DNA of 60,584 nucleotides, counting the filler, from Bipalium vagum (taxonomy: Eukaryota), in assembly GCA_037834085.1 (NCBI GenBank). It is 3 parts of 3 records of this genome, joined end to end, with 100 filler letters (N's around TTAATTAATTAA, not from the genome) between each part and the next. Parts side by side here need not be neighbours in the genome. Positions count along the whole stretch, not along the records: positions 1 to 24,786 come from JBBMKC010198720.1; positions 24,887 to 42,861 come from JBBMKC010044957.1; 1 more part is not named here. The stretch is one strand, 5' to 3'. A program made the position numbers and the translations under genes. Positions within the stretch are counted from its first letter, which is position 1; each line of letters starts with the position of its first letter. Below the pieces are notes generated by a model. The model saw nothing but the letters and a program-made list of their open reading frames with translations. It searched no databases and was not told the DNA's origin. This document shows positions 13,042-25,453 of this stretch, in pieces.

Positions 13042-13793
13042 TTGGGGTGGTTCATAAGTCTTTCGTATTTTTAATCAAAAAATTAAAAACAAAAGAGAAC
13101 AAGAACAAATATTTATTAAGCCTCATAATAAAGACCATTTGAATTAATAGTTTGAATTCATCCATCTCTTAGTTTGATCACGCTTTGTTAGTCTTTGTCT
13201 TTGGAGCTGAAAAAGTGTTATCACCCTTTTGCTACCTCATTTAAGTTATTGAAACAGCGCCCTCGCAGAAAATGTGCCATATACCTAAAAAATGATAGTC
13301 TGATGTTGCGATGTGGTAAAGATTCAAAGGCATCCAATTCCTTTATTTTTTTATCGAGTTCGTCAGATAATCTTCGAGTGCTGGTCGATGGATTAGTTTC
13401 AATCGCGTTGTGTATACATCCGAAATTCGTGGTTATCGGCCTGCTGGGTCGTCCGTGATCTTGAAGGTGTTCCTGGCCTTGATTAACTTTTTTGAACCAG
13501 CTTTAGACCCTATGAATTGAAACAAAGTCCCACCCTCCACCTCACATATCTTTTTGGCCGCTTGCGTTGCATTAACATTTTGTTTCCAATAATGTCTTAA
13601 CAGTACTCTAATTTCCAATTTATCCATAATTTTTCTAATCAAATAAAAGCAGTATACTTACGATAATTTAATAAGTATTAATTTACTGTCTTCAAAATTA
13701 TATAAATTGCGTAGATTTAAATATTTATATCAATTACAAAATTATTTTGAAATAGTAAAACAAAAATACGAAAAGACTTATGGATCATCTCAA
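13042..13793 (-). mobile_element. Internally deleted mariner element with both TIRs
   Basis: Left TIR TTGGGGTGGTTCATAAGTCTTTCGTATTTT matches the reverse complement of the right end TTGAGATGATCCATAAGTCTTTTCGTATTTT, with TA on both sides. It keeps the N-terminus MDKLEIRVLLRHYWKQNVNATQAAKKICEVEG and a short C-terminal piece; the catalytic core is deleted. Confidence 0.88.
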
Positions 13794-16665
13794 TATAATA
13801 AATTAATTATTTTATATAAGAATCAATATAATCAAAATAAAGGTAGATAACCATAATTATTATTATATTAGGTTGACCAAATATAAAAGTAATTCGTTAT
13901 CAAAAACAATATTTATTTCAAAAACAACAATAAAAAAATCCAAAAGATATTCTCAGTTATTGACAATGACTATATTATCTTGTTGCAAAGAATGGATGTC
14001 ATTCTTATTAGTCTTCTGGCTGTGATTTCAAGAACTGTGACATCTGTATTTTGATATATCACTTTCTAAAGATTTATCAATTCAAAATTAAATCAATCTT
14101 AGGTAAATAATGTATCAAATTACTTGACTAAAACAGCTTGATCATATAAATAAATATTTTATAATAGAAAAAGATTTAAGACGAAAATGCTTGACGACTT
14201 TTATATTAATATTTTGTTAACATAATAATTAGAATAATTCAGTTTGTGATAATATTTTTTATTTTGATTTTTTTGAGGTTCAGTTGCATCTACTAATACG
14301 GATTATCGTTTATGCGTATTCTACATCTTTACACTAGTTATTAGAGATGGATCGACATAATTTGTGTCTGAAAGGATATGTACTCATTAAAATTATTATT
14401 TTTTTAACAGGATACTAAAGATATTTATTTTTTGCAAAATGTAAGTGAATTAAATTATTAAAATAATAGCATAAGTGTTACCTCACTGGACATATTTTAC
14501 TCAGTTAATAGTCAAATTGATTATATTATTATTCTATGTCAACATATACTTGCATTTTACCACTCTAGTCGATATAAAGACTATTACTGTAATATTAAAA
14601 TCAAAGGTGTATACCATCTACCTTTTTTCTAACAATTAGAAAAATAAATAACAGTAAAAAATCAACTTTAATCTCACTTTCTCTTGATTTTTTTATGGAT
14701 ATTAACTAATCGTCTTTGAATTTCTTCAAATTTACTGAGTTTGTTTGTAACATACATGAAAAATGACAATGCACCTGTTCTGCTGCCCGTTCATTCATTA
14801 AAACAAGGTTTCTGGAAATGTCATTAAAAAACTCATAACGTTGTCTTCTTCTGAAACTGTTTGTATACCTTTTAGTGTTTTTAACTTTATCATTTTTTCT
14901 GGAAAATTCTTTTCTTTCAAAATTTTTTATTTTAATCCACAGTTTTAATTTAATATAAACAATAATATTAATATTCTAATATCAACCAGCAACACATAAT
15001 CTGACTAACTCTCTTTTATTATGGTTAGATTTTATTGTTAACACGAGTCAATCAAAATCACGCTTTAATAAACTTTATTGAACATTTATTCAAAATCACA
15101 CAATAAAAAAATTCAGCTATAGTCACGTAACACATTACGATTTAATATTTAATGTTTCTCTGATTCGCACTGGCTATATGCTGATACTCCGCCAATAAAA
15201 TATTCACCATTTCCAATTCACACTTCTATCATTTCTTGACCAAGCAAATAATAATGATAAGAAATACAGTATTGGTTTTATTTTGAAAGTAAATTTGATA
15301 TTATTCAAGTTTAATTCTTTTTATTTTTTTCATTATTACTAACACGATTAGAATTAATTTGTGCAGGAAAAAAATGTGGTAGAACTGAATAAACAAAACA
15401 TTTATAATTTTTTAATATTTTCAATGTAAGTTGAATTAAATGATAATTATATATATAATGTTCTCTAACTATTTATTTATGTGAAGTTATTTTACCTTGA
15501 ATAGATTTGATGTTTTTAATATTCCACCCAGATATATTTGTTATATTTAAAATTTAATTTCTTCCGTATATTTATTTAACTTTGAAAGTACAAAATTTAC
15601 ATTTTGGTTTTTTTCATTCTCATTATTTCACTTGGCTTTCACAAAAGTAAAAGTATTATACTTATCACTTTATTTATATTTTGAAGTTAATATTATTTAA
15701 AATTTAAAGTTTTTATTTATTTAAAAAATATTTTTTATTCGTTTTATTTTGTCTAGATAATTGATAACCATTTTTTCTTTTAGAATTTTCTTAATTCATT
15801 TTTACATTTTTCAAAGGAATTTATTTTATTATTATATTTATTTTCGCTTAACTTGATAAATCTTTTTTCTTTATAATTTTTGCTTTTATTAAAATATATA
15901 TTGCAGAATTATTTTGTAATTTATTAAAAAAATTTTAAATATCGTTTTCATTTTTTTCATTGTTTTATAGATTTTAAATGAGACAATAAAACTGTTTGTG
16001 TTTTAAACTCTTCTTCACAGATCTCTGAACCTATTTTCACAATTGACCATATATAGAATGCAATGATTTATGTCGTTCCATAAATATTTTGTGTATATTT
16101 ATTTTTTGATACGTATATGAGTGGTTTTGGTAACTAAATAGTAAAAATAAACCACTTAATCCCCATCATGTAAATAATTGAAATCTATTAGTTAAAAACT
16201 GTTGTAATTATCTAGAATCCTTTATGTACGTCCTTTATGCTGTAATTCCTATAAAAAGATCATAACTCAGAAATAAAATAATGTTAATCAAATCGCATTA
16301 TTGGGTTACTAATCTTGAAATTTATCCACAAGGGTATGAAAGTTGAATGTTAAAATTTTAAAAAGAATCGCTAAGGTTTATGAATTTTCTTGGTTGGTCA
16401 TTTTTCGATATTAAAATTAAATTTGACACTGGTCATATTTTATATATAAAATAAAATATAATTTTATTACTATTTCTTATCTTCATAATTACAAATTTAA
16501 CAACGATCTATTAAATTTTTTAAATGGATCAAAATACTATTTAGTTTTATGGAATTTGATTTTGTTTTAATATATCATTTTATAATTTATTATAATTCTA
16601 GCATTCAAATAACTTTTAAAAGTAGGAATTTTGATTAATGAATAAAATTTTATTCATCTTTAAAA

Positions 16666-17635
16666 ATGTATATAAATAAAGAAGAAATGCAATACATAAT
16701 GAAATTTTATTTCTTGAAAGGTAAAAATGTTACACAAGTAACTAAAAAGATTATTACTATTTATGGAACGGATACTGTTTCGGATAGAACAGTCCGTGAA
16801 TGGTTCGCTAAATTTCGTTCCGAAAATTTTGATGTCAAAGACGCACCTCGTTCTAGCCGACCAAAATGTGAAAAAGTTGATAAAATAATTAGGAAGGTTG
16901 AAGAAGACAGGAATATAAGCAGCCACGAAATAGCTCAGGAATTGGGGATTCATTATCAAACAGTTTTAAATCATTTGGAGAAATGTGGATATACAAAGAA
17001 ACTGGATGTATGGATACCACATAATTTGACTGAAAAGAATTTGAAAGACCGAATTTTAATATGCCAAACATGATCGATCCATTTTTAAAACGTCTTATTA
17101 CATGTGACGAAAAATGGATCAAATACGATAATAACATACGAAAAAGGTTTTGAACAAAATGTGGTATGATCTCACAAACTGTGGCGAAACCAAAAATGAC
17201 TTCAAGGAAGTTAATGCTCTTTGTCTGGTGGGATTACAAGGGAATGTTCCATTAAGAATTACTCCAACCAGGACAAAAAATAAACTCAGTTATCTACTGT
17301 GAACAGTTGACAAGAGTACACCAGGAAATTGTAAGAAAGCATCCCGAATTAATCAATAGGGAAGGAGTTGTGTTTTTTCATGAAAACGCCAGATCACATG
17401 TATCTTTCATGACGCAACAAAAATTGAGGGATTTTGATTGGGAAATTTTGTTGCATCCTTATATAGTCCTGATATAGCACCGTCAGACTATCATTTTTTT
17501 CGCTCAGTGCAAAACTCCCTTAATAGTGTAAAATTAAATTCAAAAGAGGATTGCGAAAAACACTTCTCACTTTTTTACCAAAAAAATCAAAAAAGTTTTA
17601 GTTTTACATTGTCAATCAAAATGATAATTATGTAA
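16666..17635 (+). mobile_element. mariner (DD34D) transposase pseudogene, near full length
   Basis: Motifs RSSRP, WIPHNL, ITCDEKWIKYDN, VWWDYKG, FHENARSH and YSPDIAPSDYHFFRS, with several stops and frameshifts. Confidence 0.95.
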
Positions 17636-18870
17636 TTTAATAAAATTTTCAATTCGACTTTATTTTTCTAAATTTTTTATTTTACCAAAAAAAATTTTTA
17701 CTACATAATTTTTTAAAAATATTTATAAATTATTTTTTATTATTCAATATTAAAATTTATTCCTTTCAGTTCACATACAATTAGATAAAATCTCGGATTA
17801 TTTGATTATCAGGAGATTGTTAATATTTACAAGAGAACATTCAAGAGAACAAATCAACACTATTAAATGGCGAGACCTATTTTATTTCAGATATTGACCA
17901 TGAATTTAACCGAAATGCGGGGTGCGCATCTTCTTTTACTTCCATATTGTCCTAAGTAAAACGAAAATTTTTATCCTCGTATAAAATTAGTGCTGCATGA
18001 TCATGTCAAATGTAACAATTGATATAAACTAAACATAAACTACGGGAGACATTGTTTCGCTTTATCATTCAATATCTTCCATGGATAACTAAACGATCAG
18101 ATATCTATGTATATGCCACAGCAAACTTTTCTGGTACAGTGAGTGTTATTCCGCCTCCAATATTTCACATTTTCCAAGAAATTTTTAATGGAATAAATTC
18201 CTGCTTTGATTCTTCTGTCAATTAATTTTTGCTTTGTACAGGATTCCATCATCCCCATTGATAACTTTATTGGCCCCTGATACATGAAAACAATTTCCAA
18301 TTGTGATTTTCTTAATAAAAATAATTTTTGAAATTTTATTTTTCTGTTTCTGAGTTTTAATAAAATTGGATCTGTATTTCCTTTATTTTGATTCATTTAT
18401 CCATAAAACAATTTTTCGGATTTATTTTCACAATTTGGGCAAGGTCTATCTCATGCATAGCGAAACAATCATTGCCATTTCTGTTCACTATCCTTTTTCT
18501 GATAGATCTTTAACAATCTTCCCACATAAAACTCCGTTGCTTCTTTTTTGCCAAATAAGCATTAAAACTAAACATTGATGTTATCGTCTTTATACTGAAT
18601 GAAATAATATTTAATTTATTAAATATACCTCGATTAAGTTTCCTAACATATTAAACTGTCTACTTTATAACAGTGTAACTTTTAATTACAATTGGAAAGG
18701 TTACAGTATTTTATTCAGTCGACTAACACAAATCAGGGGATCTTATAGATTAGCATTATTCTTGGATCAAGAGGATTCACAGTGAAAGAATTCACTGTTT
18801 GTAAAAAATTTTTATTCATTGCGCAATGGGAACATTCAGGTCTAGGAACAAATAAATAAAATCTTTACTA

Positions 18871-19533
18871 CAGGTTGAGTCAAAAGTTATTCATGTTTTT
18901 TAAGCAAATACTTTATTTACAATTATTTTTAACGCAGATCACATTAATCCTGGAAATATAGTTCATTAGTTTTTATAACTTGAAGCCATCTTTCTACCAA
19001 TTGCTCAGTTCCATGGCAATACCGCTCAGATTGTTTGAGACAAAGAATTCGGCTATTCCATGTTTGAGCTCTTCCTCTGGTCCAAAGCGTATCAGGTGCT
19101 TGTACTGCGCTGCTGCTCTACTAGGGCAAAAAACTCTTCCTTATTCACCACCGATGGTCGAGCTGAACCTTCCTGATCTTCAAGACCGGTATCTACCTGG
19201 TTAAAGCGACGAAACCACCACTGCGCTGTATTTTCCTTTAGCACATCCTTGCCTTCCAAGTCACAAATTTCTCGAATCGCAGCTGCAGCTGATAGATCTT
19301 TTTTTCAATAATGACGTAATAGGAGCCGAATTACTGTTTTTCCTTCAATCATTCTAGCTGTAAAATTAAATGAATGGAATTTTATAAATTTTACTTTTTA
19401 AAATGTAATTACATTCTCCTTTGCAAAGGCTTTTAAATGATACCATTTTTTTAATATAAATATTATTGTTAAATGATATGGTAAAACAAGAAGTGTAAAT
19501 AACTAAAACATGAATAACTTTTGACTCAACCTG
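18871..19533 (-). mobile_element. Internally deleted mariner element with perfect 29-bp TIRs
   Basis: CAGGTTGAGTCAAAAGTTATTCATGTTTT at 18871-18899 and its exact reverse complement at 19505-19533. It encodes a disrupted N-terminus (IRLLLRHY...AAAAIREICDLEG...AQWWFRRFNQ) fused to a C-terminal scrap. Confidence 0.9.
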
Positions 19534-20849
19534 ATAGTACTATCAAACGGACTTTAATTTGTTTAATATAAAAATATTTTTGGAACAGAATCTGTACTTA
19601 TCCTAAGGTTTTTATATTATGTGGGGTAATATTCGTGATCTTTTAATATTTTTTGCGCATGGATTTTGGTTGTTTTATTTTCTAACTGATTCATTCTTTA
19701 AGTTGTAAAGATAAAATTTTCATACTTTGTCTTCTTTTTAACTGATTTTCTTTTTGCCTCGTAATCTAATCACGAATCCATTTGAGTATCTTCTTCTGAA
19801 TTCATTAACACTTTAATAGTAAGCAATTGTTATTTTCTAATAAACAAGAAAGTTTGAATTTTGAAAGGGAAAATTATGATTTTTAGCTATGTATTTGTAC
19901 TGTTGCTTTACATGTGTAATGCTGCTAAGACTTGGAGAGTTTCAGGGAGTCCAGAGCTGGACGGATCGTAAGATTTCTTTGTGTGTCTTATGTCGGTGCA
20001 TGTGTAGTAAGCACATACAAATTAATTGACAAAGAATTAATAATGCTAGGAAAGGAATTAATTATATGTGAAATGGATTAAGTCAATTGAGAAAATGATT
20101 AATTCATATGAGAAATTCTATATAATCTAAATTTAATAGATAGTTAATAGTTAAATGATGGTTAACTTCAGTCCTTCATCCATGTTTGTTTAAAACGATC
20201 AATTTAATCCTTTTAATTTTGAAACTGTTGGCCTAATAAATTTTATATGTTGGTTTGTTTTCAAATTTTTTATGAATTAAATTTTTGCTAAATTAAACTT
20301 AATTAAACTTCTTAATATTAAGATTAACAAATACATGGTGTAAATATAAAAACAGTAAGATTCTACTCTTTAATTACGTTTAAAATTCTAAAACCTTTAT
20401 TTAATAAAATTTATAAATTTTGATTTGAATGTTTAAGATTTTTTTTCAAATATTTCATAAAAATTTAAAATTACAATTCATATTTATGAGCGTATTGAAC
20501 GTGCTCTAATCATAGCTATATTACAATCCATCATCTTAGTCCAAAAAGAGTTACACCAAGGATTTAGATATCTCATAACCAGAAGATACATAATTAAACG
20601 CGGGGTGAGTATGAAGACTCAAGCTTATGTAGATGCTCCAGCCTCTAATTCCACCATTTCTGTAGTAATCTATTCCTGTAAACCAGAAAGATGTCATTTT
20701 TGAATCAGCAATGTAATTCATGGGTAACCTAGAATTCTAATTAATATTGAATCTATACAGGTGGATACCGCATTAATAGGGTGAGTCATAAGTTGTAAAG
20801 ATCTTTATTAAAAAAATATGAAAAGCGTGTACAAAAAAATTAGTCAAAT

Positions 20850-21329
20850 TCAATCTTCTAAATACAATCCATTGTGATGCATTGTTACCATATTTTGGCC
20901 AGATTTTTTTTTATTTACATTCAAAGAGATTTCAACATTTCCAAAACGTGACCAAAATGTCTGTTGTAATGACACCCACAATTCATCAAGATTTTTACAA
21001 TTATTTCTATGACATCGCTTATTGAGGGAAGTGAAGAAGCCAATATCGTTGACATTTAAATCTGGAGACTGTACCGGCCGATTTATAACGGTAATACATG
21101 GAAAAATATTTTCTCCGAAGTCATTGAAATTTTCAACATTTTTCTTTCTCAAATGAGGGCGGGCATTATCCATTCGGATACTAACATTCGGAAACAACTG
21201 CATTTTTTTAGAGATTGGTGGCATAATTTCAGTAGTCATCAAATTGTAAAAATTGCCGGCTGTCATTGTGCAATCAACTATGTATTTATCACCTTTGTTA
21301 TGATTTTTGGAAGAAGTATATTTTTTCAA
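20850..21329 (-). mobile_element. DD39D-family (plant-mariner/GT-like) transposase C-terminal fragment with D-40-D spacing
   Basis: SSKNHNKGD...MDNARPH-(x)-PVQSPDLNVNDIGFFTSL. There are 40 residues between the D of DNARPH and the D of NVND. SPDLNV.D.GFF is the DD39D-type signature. Confidence 0.75.
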
Positions 21330-21574
21330 TTTAAATTTTTTTTTTAATTTTACAAATATTGAATAAACCCAATTTTGTCTTGATATTTATTAAGCATTTT
21401 ATTATTATAAAAATGACTGAAAAATGGTATTGTGAAATTTGTGAAAAAATATTCCAAAAATATAATAAATCAAATCATTTAATACAGACGTACATTTTAA
21501 AAAAGTACTAATGAAAAAAGTATTAATAAAAGTACTATTCAAAAAATAAAAGAAAGATATCCAAAATATTTTAT

Positions 21575-21938
21575 AAAAAACAGGCGACGACATTCAATCA
21601 ACAATTACAAATAATATATATTTTAAATAAATTTACAACAGGGAAATATCCAGGAGCATTACATTTAAAATCTTTAAATCCTTTTAATAAAACAAACGAG
21701 GTCGCAAATTTCTGTGGGCCAGGGTCACATATTGATAAAAGATTAGAGAACTATAATGAAATAATAGAAAATTACAATGAAACTGGAAAACTAGATATAC
21801 CTCTAATTTCGAAACCTGATTCAAATCCAATAAATAGAGTTGATCAAGCTGCAATCAAACATGATGTAAAATATATTTCCAAAGATTTAAAAGATAGACG
21901 TATTGCTGATGTTGACATGACATCTAAACGAAGATAGA
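21575..21938 (+). pseudogene. Parvovirus-VP1-type phospholipase A2 domain protein (Polinton PLA2X-like)
   Basis: GKYPGALHL...NFCGPGSHIDKRL...NPINRVDQAAIKHDVKY...DRRIAD shows the GPG Ca-loop plus the HD and D catalytic motifs. The start codon and C-terminus are disrupted. Confidence 0.85.
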
Positions 21939-22087
21939 TATAACAAATCTGTTAGAGCATTGTTATGGTAAATAGACTATGCTCTGTTCAACGATGTCAT
22001 CATCTTTTTAGTAGGATACTTCCTTCATTATGAAAATAAGTTATTTGATAATACTAATTAAAACAATATTAAATTTTTTCTATAAAA

Positions 22088-22682
22088 ATGGGTGAACTAA
22101 TTGAACAAACATTACAAAACATTATTGATGAGAAAAAACTAATATATATAGCTTTCAATGGAGAAAAATATTATCTATCTAAAAAATAATTAATGAACTT
22201 AGTGATAAAATTGCTGAAAAAGAAAGAGGAGTACTTCCATCAATTCAAATTCTTGGAGCAATCTTTGCAGGTTTAGGTGCAGCTGGTAAAGTTGAAGGTG
22301 GAGTTGCAACAAATGTTCAAAAAGCAAAAAAATAATAAAATACAGATTTAGAAAAAAAGAAATTAGAAATGGAAATTGATAAACTCAGCAAAGCTAATAG
22401 AACCGTAGGTGAACTGAAACCGATTGAAGCTCTCAACACTAAAGGTGTACCAAAAGAAGTATCAACTGGACCTGGACTTTATTATGACCCTCCTAAAGGT
22501 GGTATACTTATGTATAATGCATATTTTGGGAAAGGATTAAGAGATTCAATTTTAAATAGTTTAGAATATGATAATTTAGATAAATCTGATAAAAAAATGA
22601 AAAGAATTATTTTAAAAAATCGAGTAAGGATAAAATTACGATTGTAAAACAAGGAAATGGTTTATACTTTGACAGGGCGTAG
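22088..22682 (+). pseudogene. Polinton Gly-rich core/membrane-active protein remnant
   Basis: GVLPSIQILGAIFAGLGAAGKVEGGVA hydrophobic Gly/Ala helix followed by repeated GxGL(Y) motifs (GPGLYY, GKGL, GNGLY), with frameshifts. Confidence 0.65.
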
Positions 22683-22782
22683 GCCTTGACAACTTTGTTG
22701 AACCCCTACAAAAAGGAGTAAAAATATTTTTCTAAATTTTATTTTAAAAATTATTTTAAATTTATTTGAATTCTTCTGTAAA

Positions 22783-23190
22783 TATGAAATTAATACAACT
22801 ACAAATTTTGATTTAATAGATATAGCTAAAGACTTAGAAATCCCCTTAAAGATTTTAATGAAAGATGAGATTATTGAAAAAAGGATAAAATATGAAAAAC
22901 CTTTAATTATTAATTATCAAAATTTAAATCCAAATGGAATACACTGGGTTGCATATACAACGGTTATTACTTTGACTTTTATGGTTTACCATCACTTGAA
23001 GATTTAGAAAAACATGTTAAAGAGTACAACAAATTTGATGTGCAAAGCATGAGGACTTCGTCCGTTTTTCAAATTGAAACTGATAATAAATATTGTGAAC
23101 CATTAACTTTATATGTTTTATACAAATTATTTAATAATATTGATTTTTCTAAAATAATATTTGAGATAAAAGACTTCATCGTTACGCTCT
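22783..23190 (+). pseudogene. Adenain-like cysteine maturation protease
   Basis: TNFDLIDIAKDLEI...MKDE...IIN...GIHWVAY / YYFDFYG...Q...KYCEPLTLYVL. The His-Asp-Cys residues are in adenain order, with a 1-nt frameshift after HWVAY. Confidence 0.85.
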
Positions 23191-23283
23191 TAGAGGTAAT
23201 AAAAATTTTTAAAAATAAATGTGAAAGAGGTCGTTAAAACTAAAAAAATAATTTTACATATCTTAAAATTTTTTATTTTTATA

Positions 23284-24330
23284 ATGATTATGAAAATATA
23301 AATAATAAAATAAAAGAAGAAATTACTTTTATTCAAACTGAGCCTGAAAATATTTTTTTAAATGTTACTGGTGATGCTACGATAGGAATTATAAATATGA
23401 ATAATAATAAAATAATAATTGTAACTGATCCAATAAATGATAATGATGTTGTAAATTTAAAATAGTAATTAGAAAAAATAATTCTCTTTTATTTAATATT
23501 CAAAGTCAAGTAAAATCATATGAAGAAGAAAAAAATAGAATAAAAACTAAAATAAAAAAATTGAAATAGAAATTTTACAATATAATTCTGAAGAAGGTCC
23601 ACAAAATTTAAAAGAATTTGAAAGCAATCTTGAATTAGAATATTATAAATTTAACAAATACTTTAAAACACTTGTTGAAACAAAAAATGGGAAAATGATT
23701 TAATAAAGTCAAGTTCAAAAACAATTAAAAATAATATTAAAGTTGTAAATGATACTATCACAAAAATAACAAATGATAATGCAGGCTTTCATAAATTAAT
23801 AAACAATATTACAATTAAATTAAAAAAATATTTTCGAAGTTGATGATTATAAAAACGTGTGAAAAAATTACACTTATAGTTTGCTGGTATTCTTATTGGA
23901 AATCTTCAACAATAGATTTTATAAATTCTAAAAACTTAGAAATCAATATAACCTAGTTAGGGTATTTAATTGCAGATAAAACTTTATTATTAAAAAGTGA
24001 ATTTGCAATAATATTAGTTGCAGACAAAAATGAATACACAAACAACAATATTGTAAAGTTTGGAACAATAAATAATTATCATCTTTTCGGTTGGTATAAT
24101 ACTTATAGGAATTATTTTATGGTTGATATAAGACCTTTACAGAAAACATGTTAAAAGTTATAAAGGAACGGATATAATATTTTTACGTGATATCCATTCA
24201 CTTACAAAATATTACTTTGATTATAATTCTGAAGAAAAATATTCAAGTGAATGTAGAAAAATTAGTGGTAATATTAAATTAAAAATTTATTCAAGAAATA
24301 TAAAAGTTTTAGGTTTTTTTTAAACATTAT
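23284..24330 (+). pseudogene. Fibre-like protein remnant
   Basis: FLNVTGDATIGIINMNNNKIIIVTDPINDNDVVNLK resembles the GD-M-G-LNM-NNKI-N-DP-D-D-NK-YVD repeat of viral/phage fibre proteins. The rest is heavily disrupted. Confidence 0.5.
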
Positions 24331-24342
24331 AAACAATTAAAA

Positions 24343-24525
24343 TATGAATATAGTTCCATAGACTCAAATTTAAAATTAGGAAGTATTTTTATTGGAGGAG
24401 TCTTAGAAATTGGAACTGCTATTATGACAGGAATACCATCAGTAGGAACTAGTTTATTAATTTATGTTCCTGTTGCAGCATCAATTTTTGGAGCTGTACA
24501 ATTATTTATTGGTGTAAGATCTTGA
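24343..24525 (+). pseudogene. Small two-TM-helix protein remnant of the Polinton region
   Basis: KLGSIFIGGVLEIGTAIMTGIPSVGTSLLIYVPVAASIFGAVQLFIG hydrophobic segment. Confidence 0.4.
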
Positions 24526-24686
24526 TCAGTTAACTCTGTCATGGTGCAGATCATGTCAGCTTCTTCTGGTTCATATATAATTTCAATTATATTACTCTAA
24601 CCGGATAAAAGTCCTGCTTCCAAAGTTGAATGTTAAGTTAATTTTAAGTTGAATGTCGTAATAAAAGATAATTTTACATTTCTATC

Positions 24687-24786
24687 TATTAGGTTGTAAA
24701 GAAATAAACGGCGGTTTTTAACATCTAACTTTAAAGGAACACATGACAGCTTAAACAAAGTTTTATTTATCAAAATAGAATCCGCC
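24687..24786 (-). mobile_element. mariner terminal fragment running into a gap
   Basis: TATTAGGTTGTAAAGAAATAAACGGCGGTTTT TIR-like end, with the transposase C-terminus (GGFYFDK*) on the minus strand. Confidence 0.55.
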
Positions 24787-24886
24787 NNNNNNNNNNNNNN
24801 NNNNNNNNNNNNNNNNNNNNNNNNNNNNNNTTAATTAATTAANNNNNNNNNNNNNNNNNNNNNNNNNNNNNNNNNNNNNNNNNNNN
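24787..24886. other. Assembly gap with artificial TTAATTAATTAA six-frame-stop linker
   Basis: The 12-mer is embedded in an N run, with an identical construct at 42862-42961. Plain gaps lie at ~47927-48056 and 53760-54008. Confidence 0.95.
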
Positions 24887-24887
24887 T

Positions 24888-25140
24888 ATATTTCTTTTTT
24901 AGATAAACCAGAAACAAAAAAATCTTTTATATATTTAAATTCTGGTTAGAAAAAGTAATAAGATTATTATAGTTTTCTTTTCATAACATTTTATACAATA
25001 AATTTGCTTTACCAGAACCAGAAAGACAATAAATAGCATTTTAAATATTTGTGATAAATTAAGATGATGATTAAATTTTATAGAATTATCATAACCCTTT
25101 ACAGTTTAAGCTATAGGTTTTGAGAACTTCGTTCTTATTT
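24888..25140 (-). pseudogene. A32/FtsK-like packaging ATPase N-terminal remnant (Polinton-type)
   Basis: NHHLNLSQIFKMLFI / SGSGKANLLYKML ... SGLSKKEI is a degenerate Walker A in Polinton-ATPase-like context. It is frameshifted and truncated by the gap. Confidence 0.6.
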
Positions 25141-25453
25141 TTAAAACATAAATTAACATCGAAGCTGTACATTTTTTTTTATTTTTATAATACAATTTTT
25201 ACTTGTTTAAGGTGAACTGTGATTTTAAATACTTCTCCATTAAAATCTATTAATTCCTAATTATCATCATTTATATTTTTGTTATTAAAGGAAAATAAAT
25301 AAAATTTTTTAAAAAATCGGAAAATTTGGTTCTTTCAGAACCTTATATCCTCTAGGAAAAGTATTCGATGGAAATTCATAAATACTAGTAATACAAAGTT
25401 GAAAATAATTTATATTTAATTTTTCATTAGCAGTATAATCTCCTTTTATAATA

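Larger units (their letters stand above)
21413..25140. mobile_element. Decayed Polinton/Maverick (adintovirus-like) virion-morphogenesis region
   Basis: Compact intronless run of disrupted ORFs: Zn-finger-like ORF (21413), PLA2, Gly-rich core protein, adenain, fibre-like protein and TM protein on +. A packaging ATPase lies on - beyond the gap. No pPolB, integrase or capsid was recognised. Confidence 0.8.

Noticed and set aside
18097-18396. Tudor-like DDGILYKAKI fragment / 99-aa ORF
   Set aside because: The motif is too short, the frames are disrupted, and there is no supporting splice structure.
19880-20030. GC-richer patch with small hairpins, possible ncRNA or SL RNA
   Set aside because: No recognisable leader, Sm site, snoRNA boxes or tRNA fold.
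24831-24842. TTAATTAATTAA palindrome inside N runs (also 42906-42917)
   Set aside because: It is an artificial six-frame-stop linker added during scaffolding, not biological sequence.
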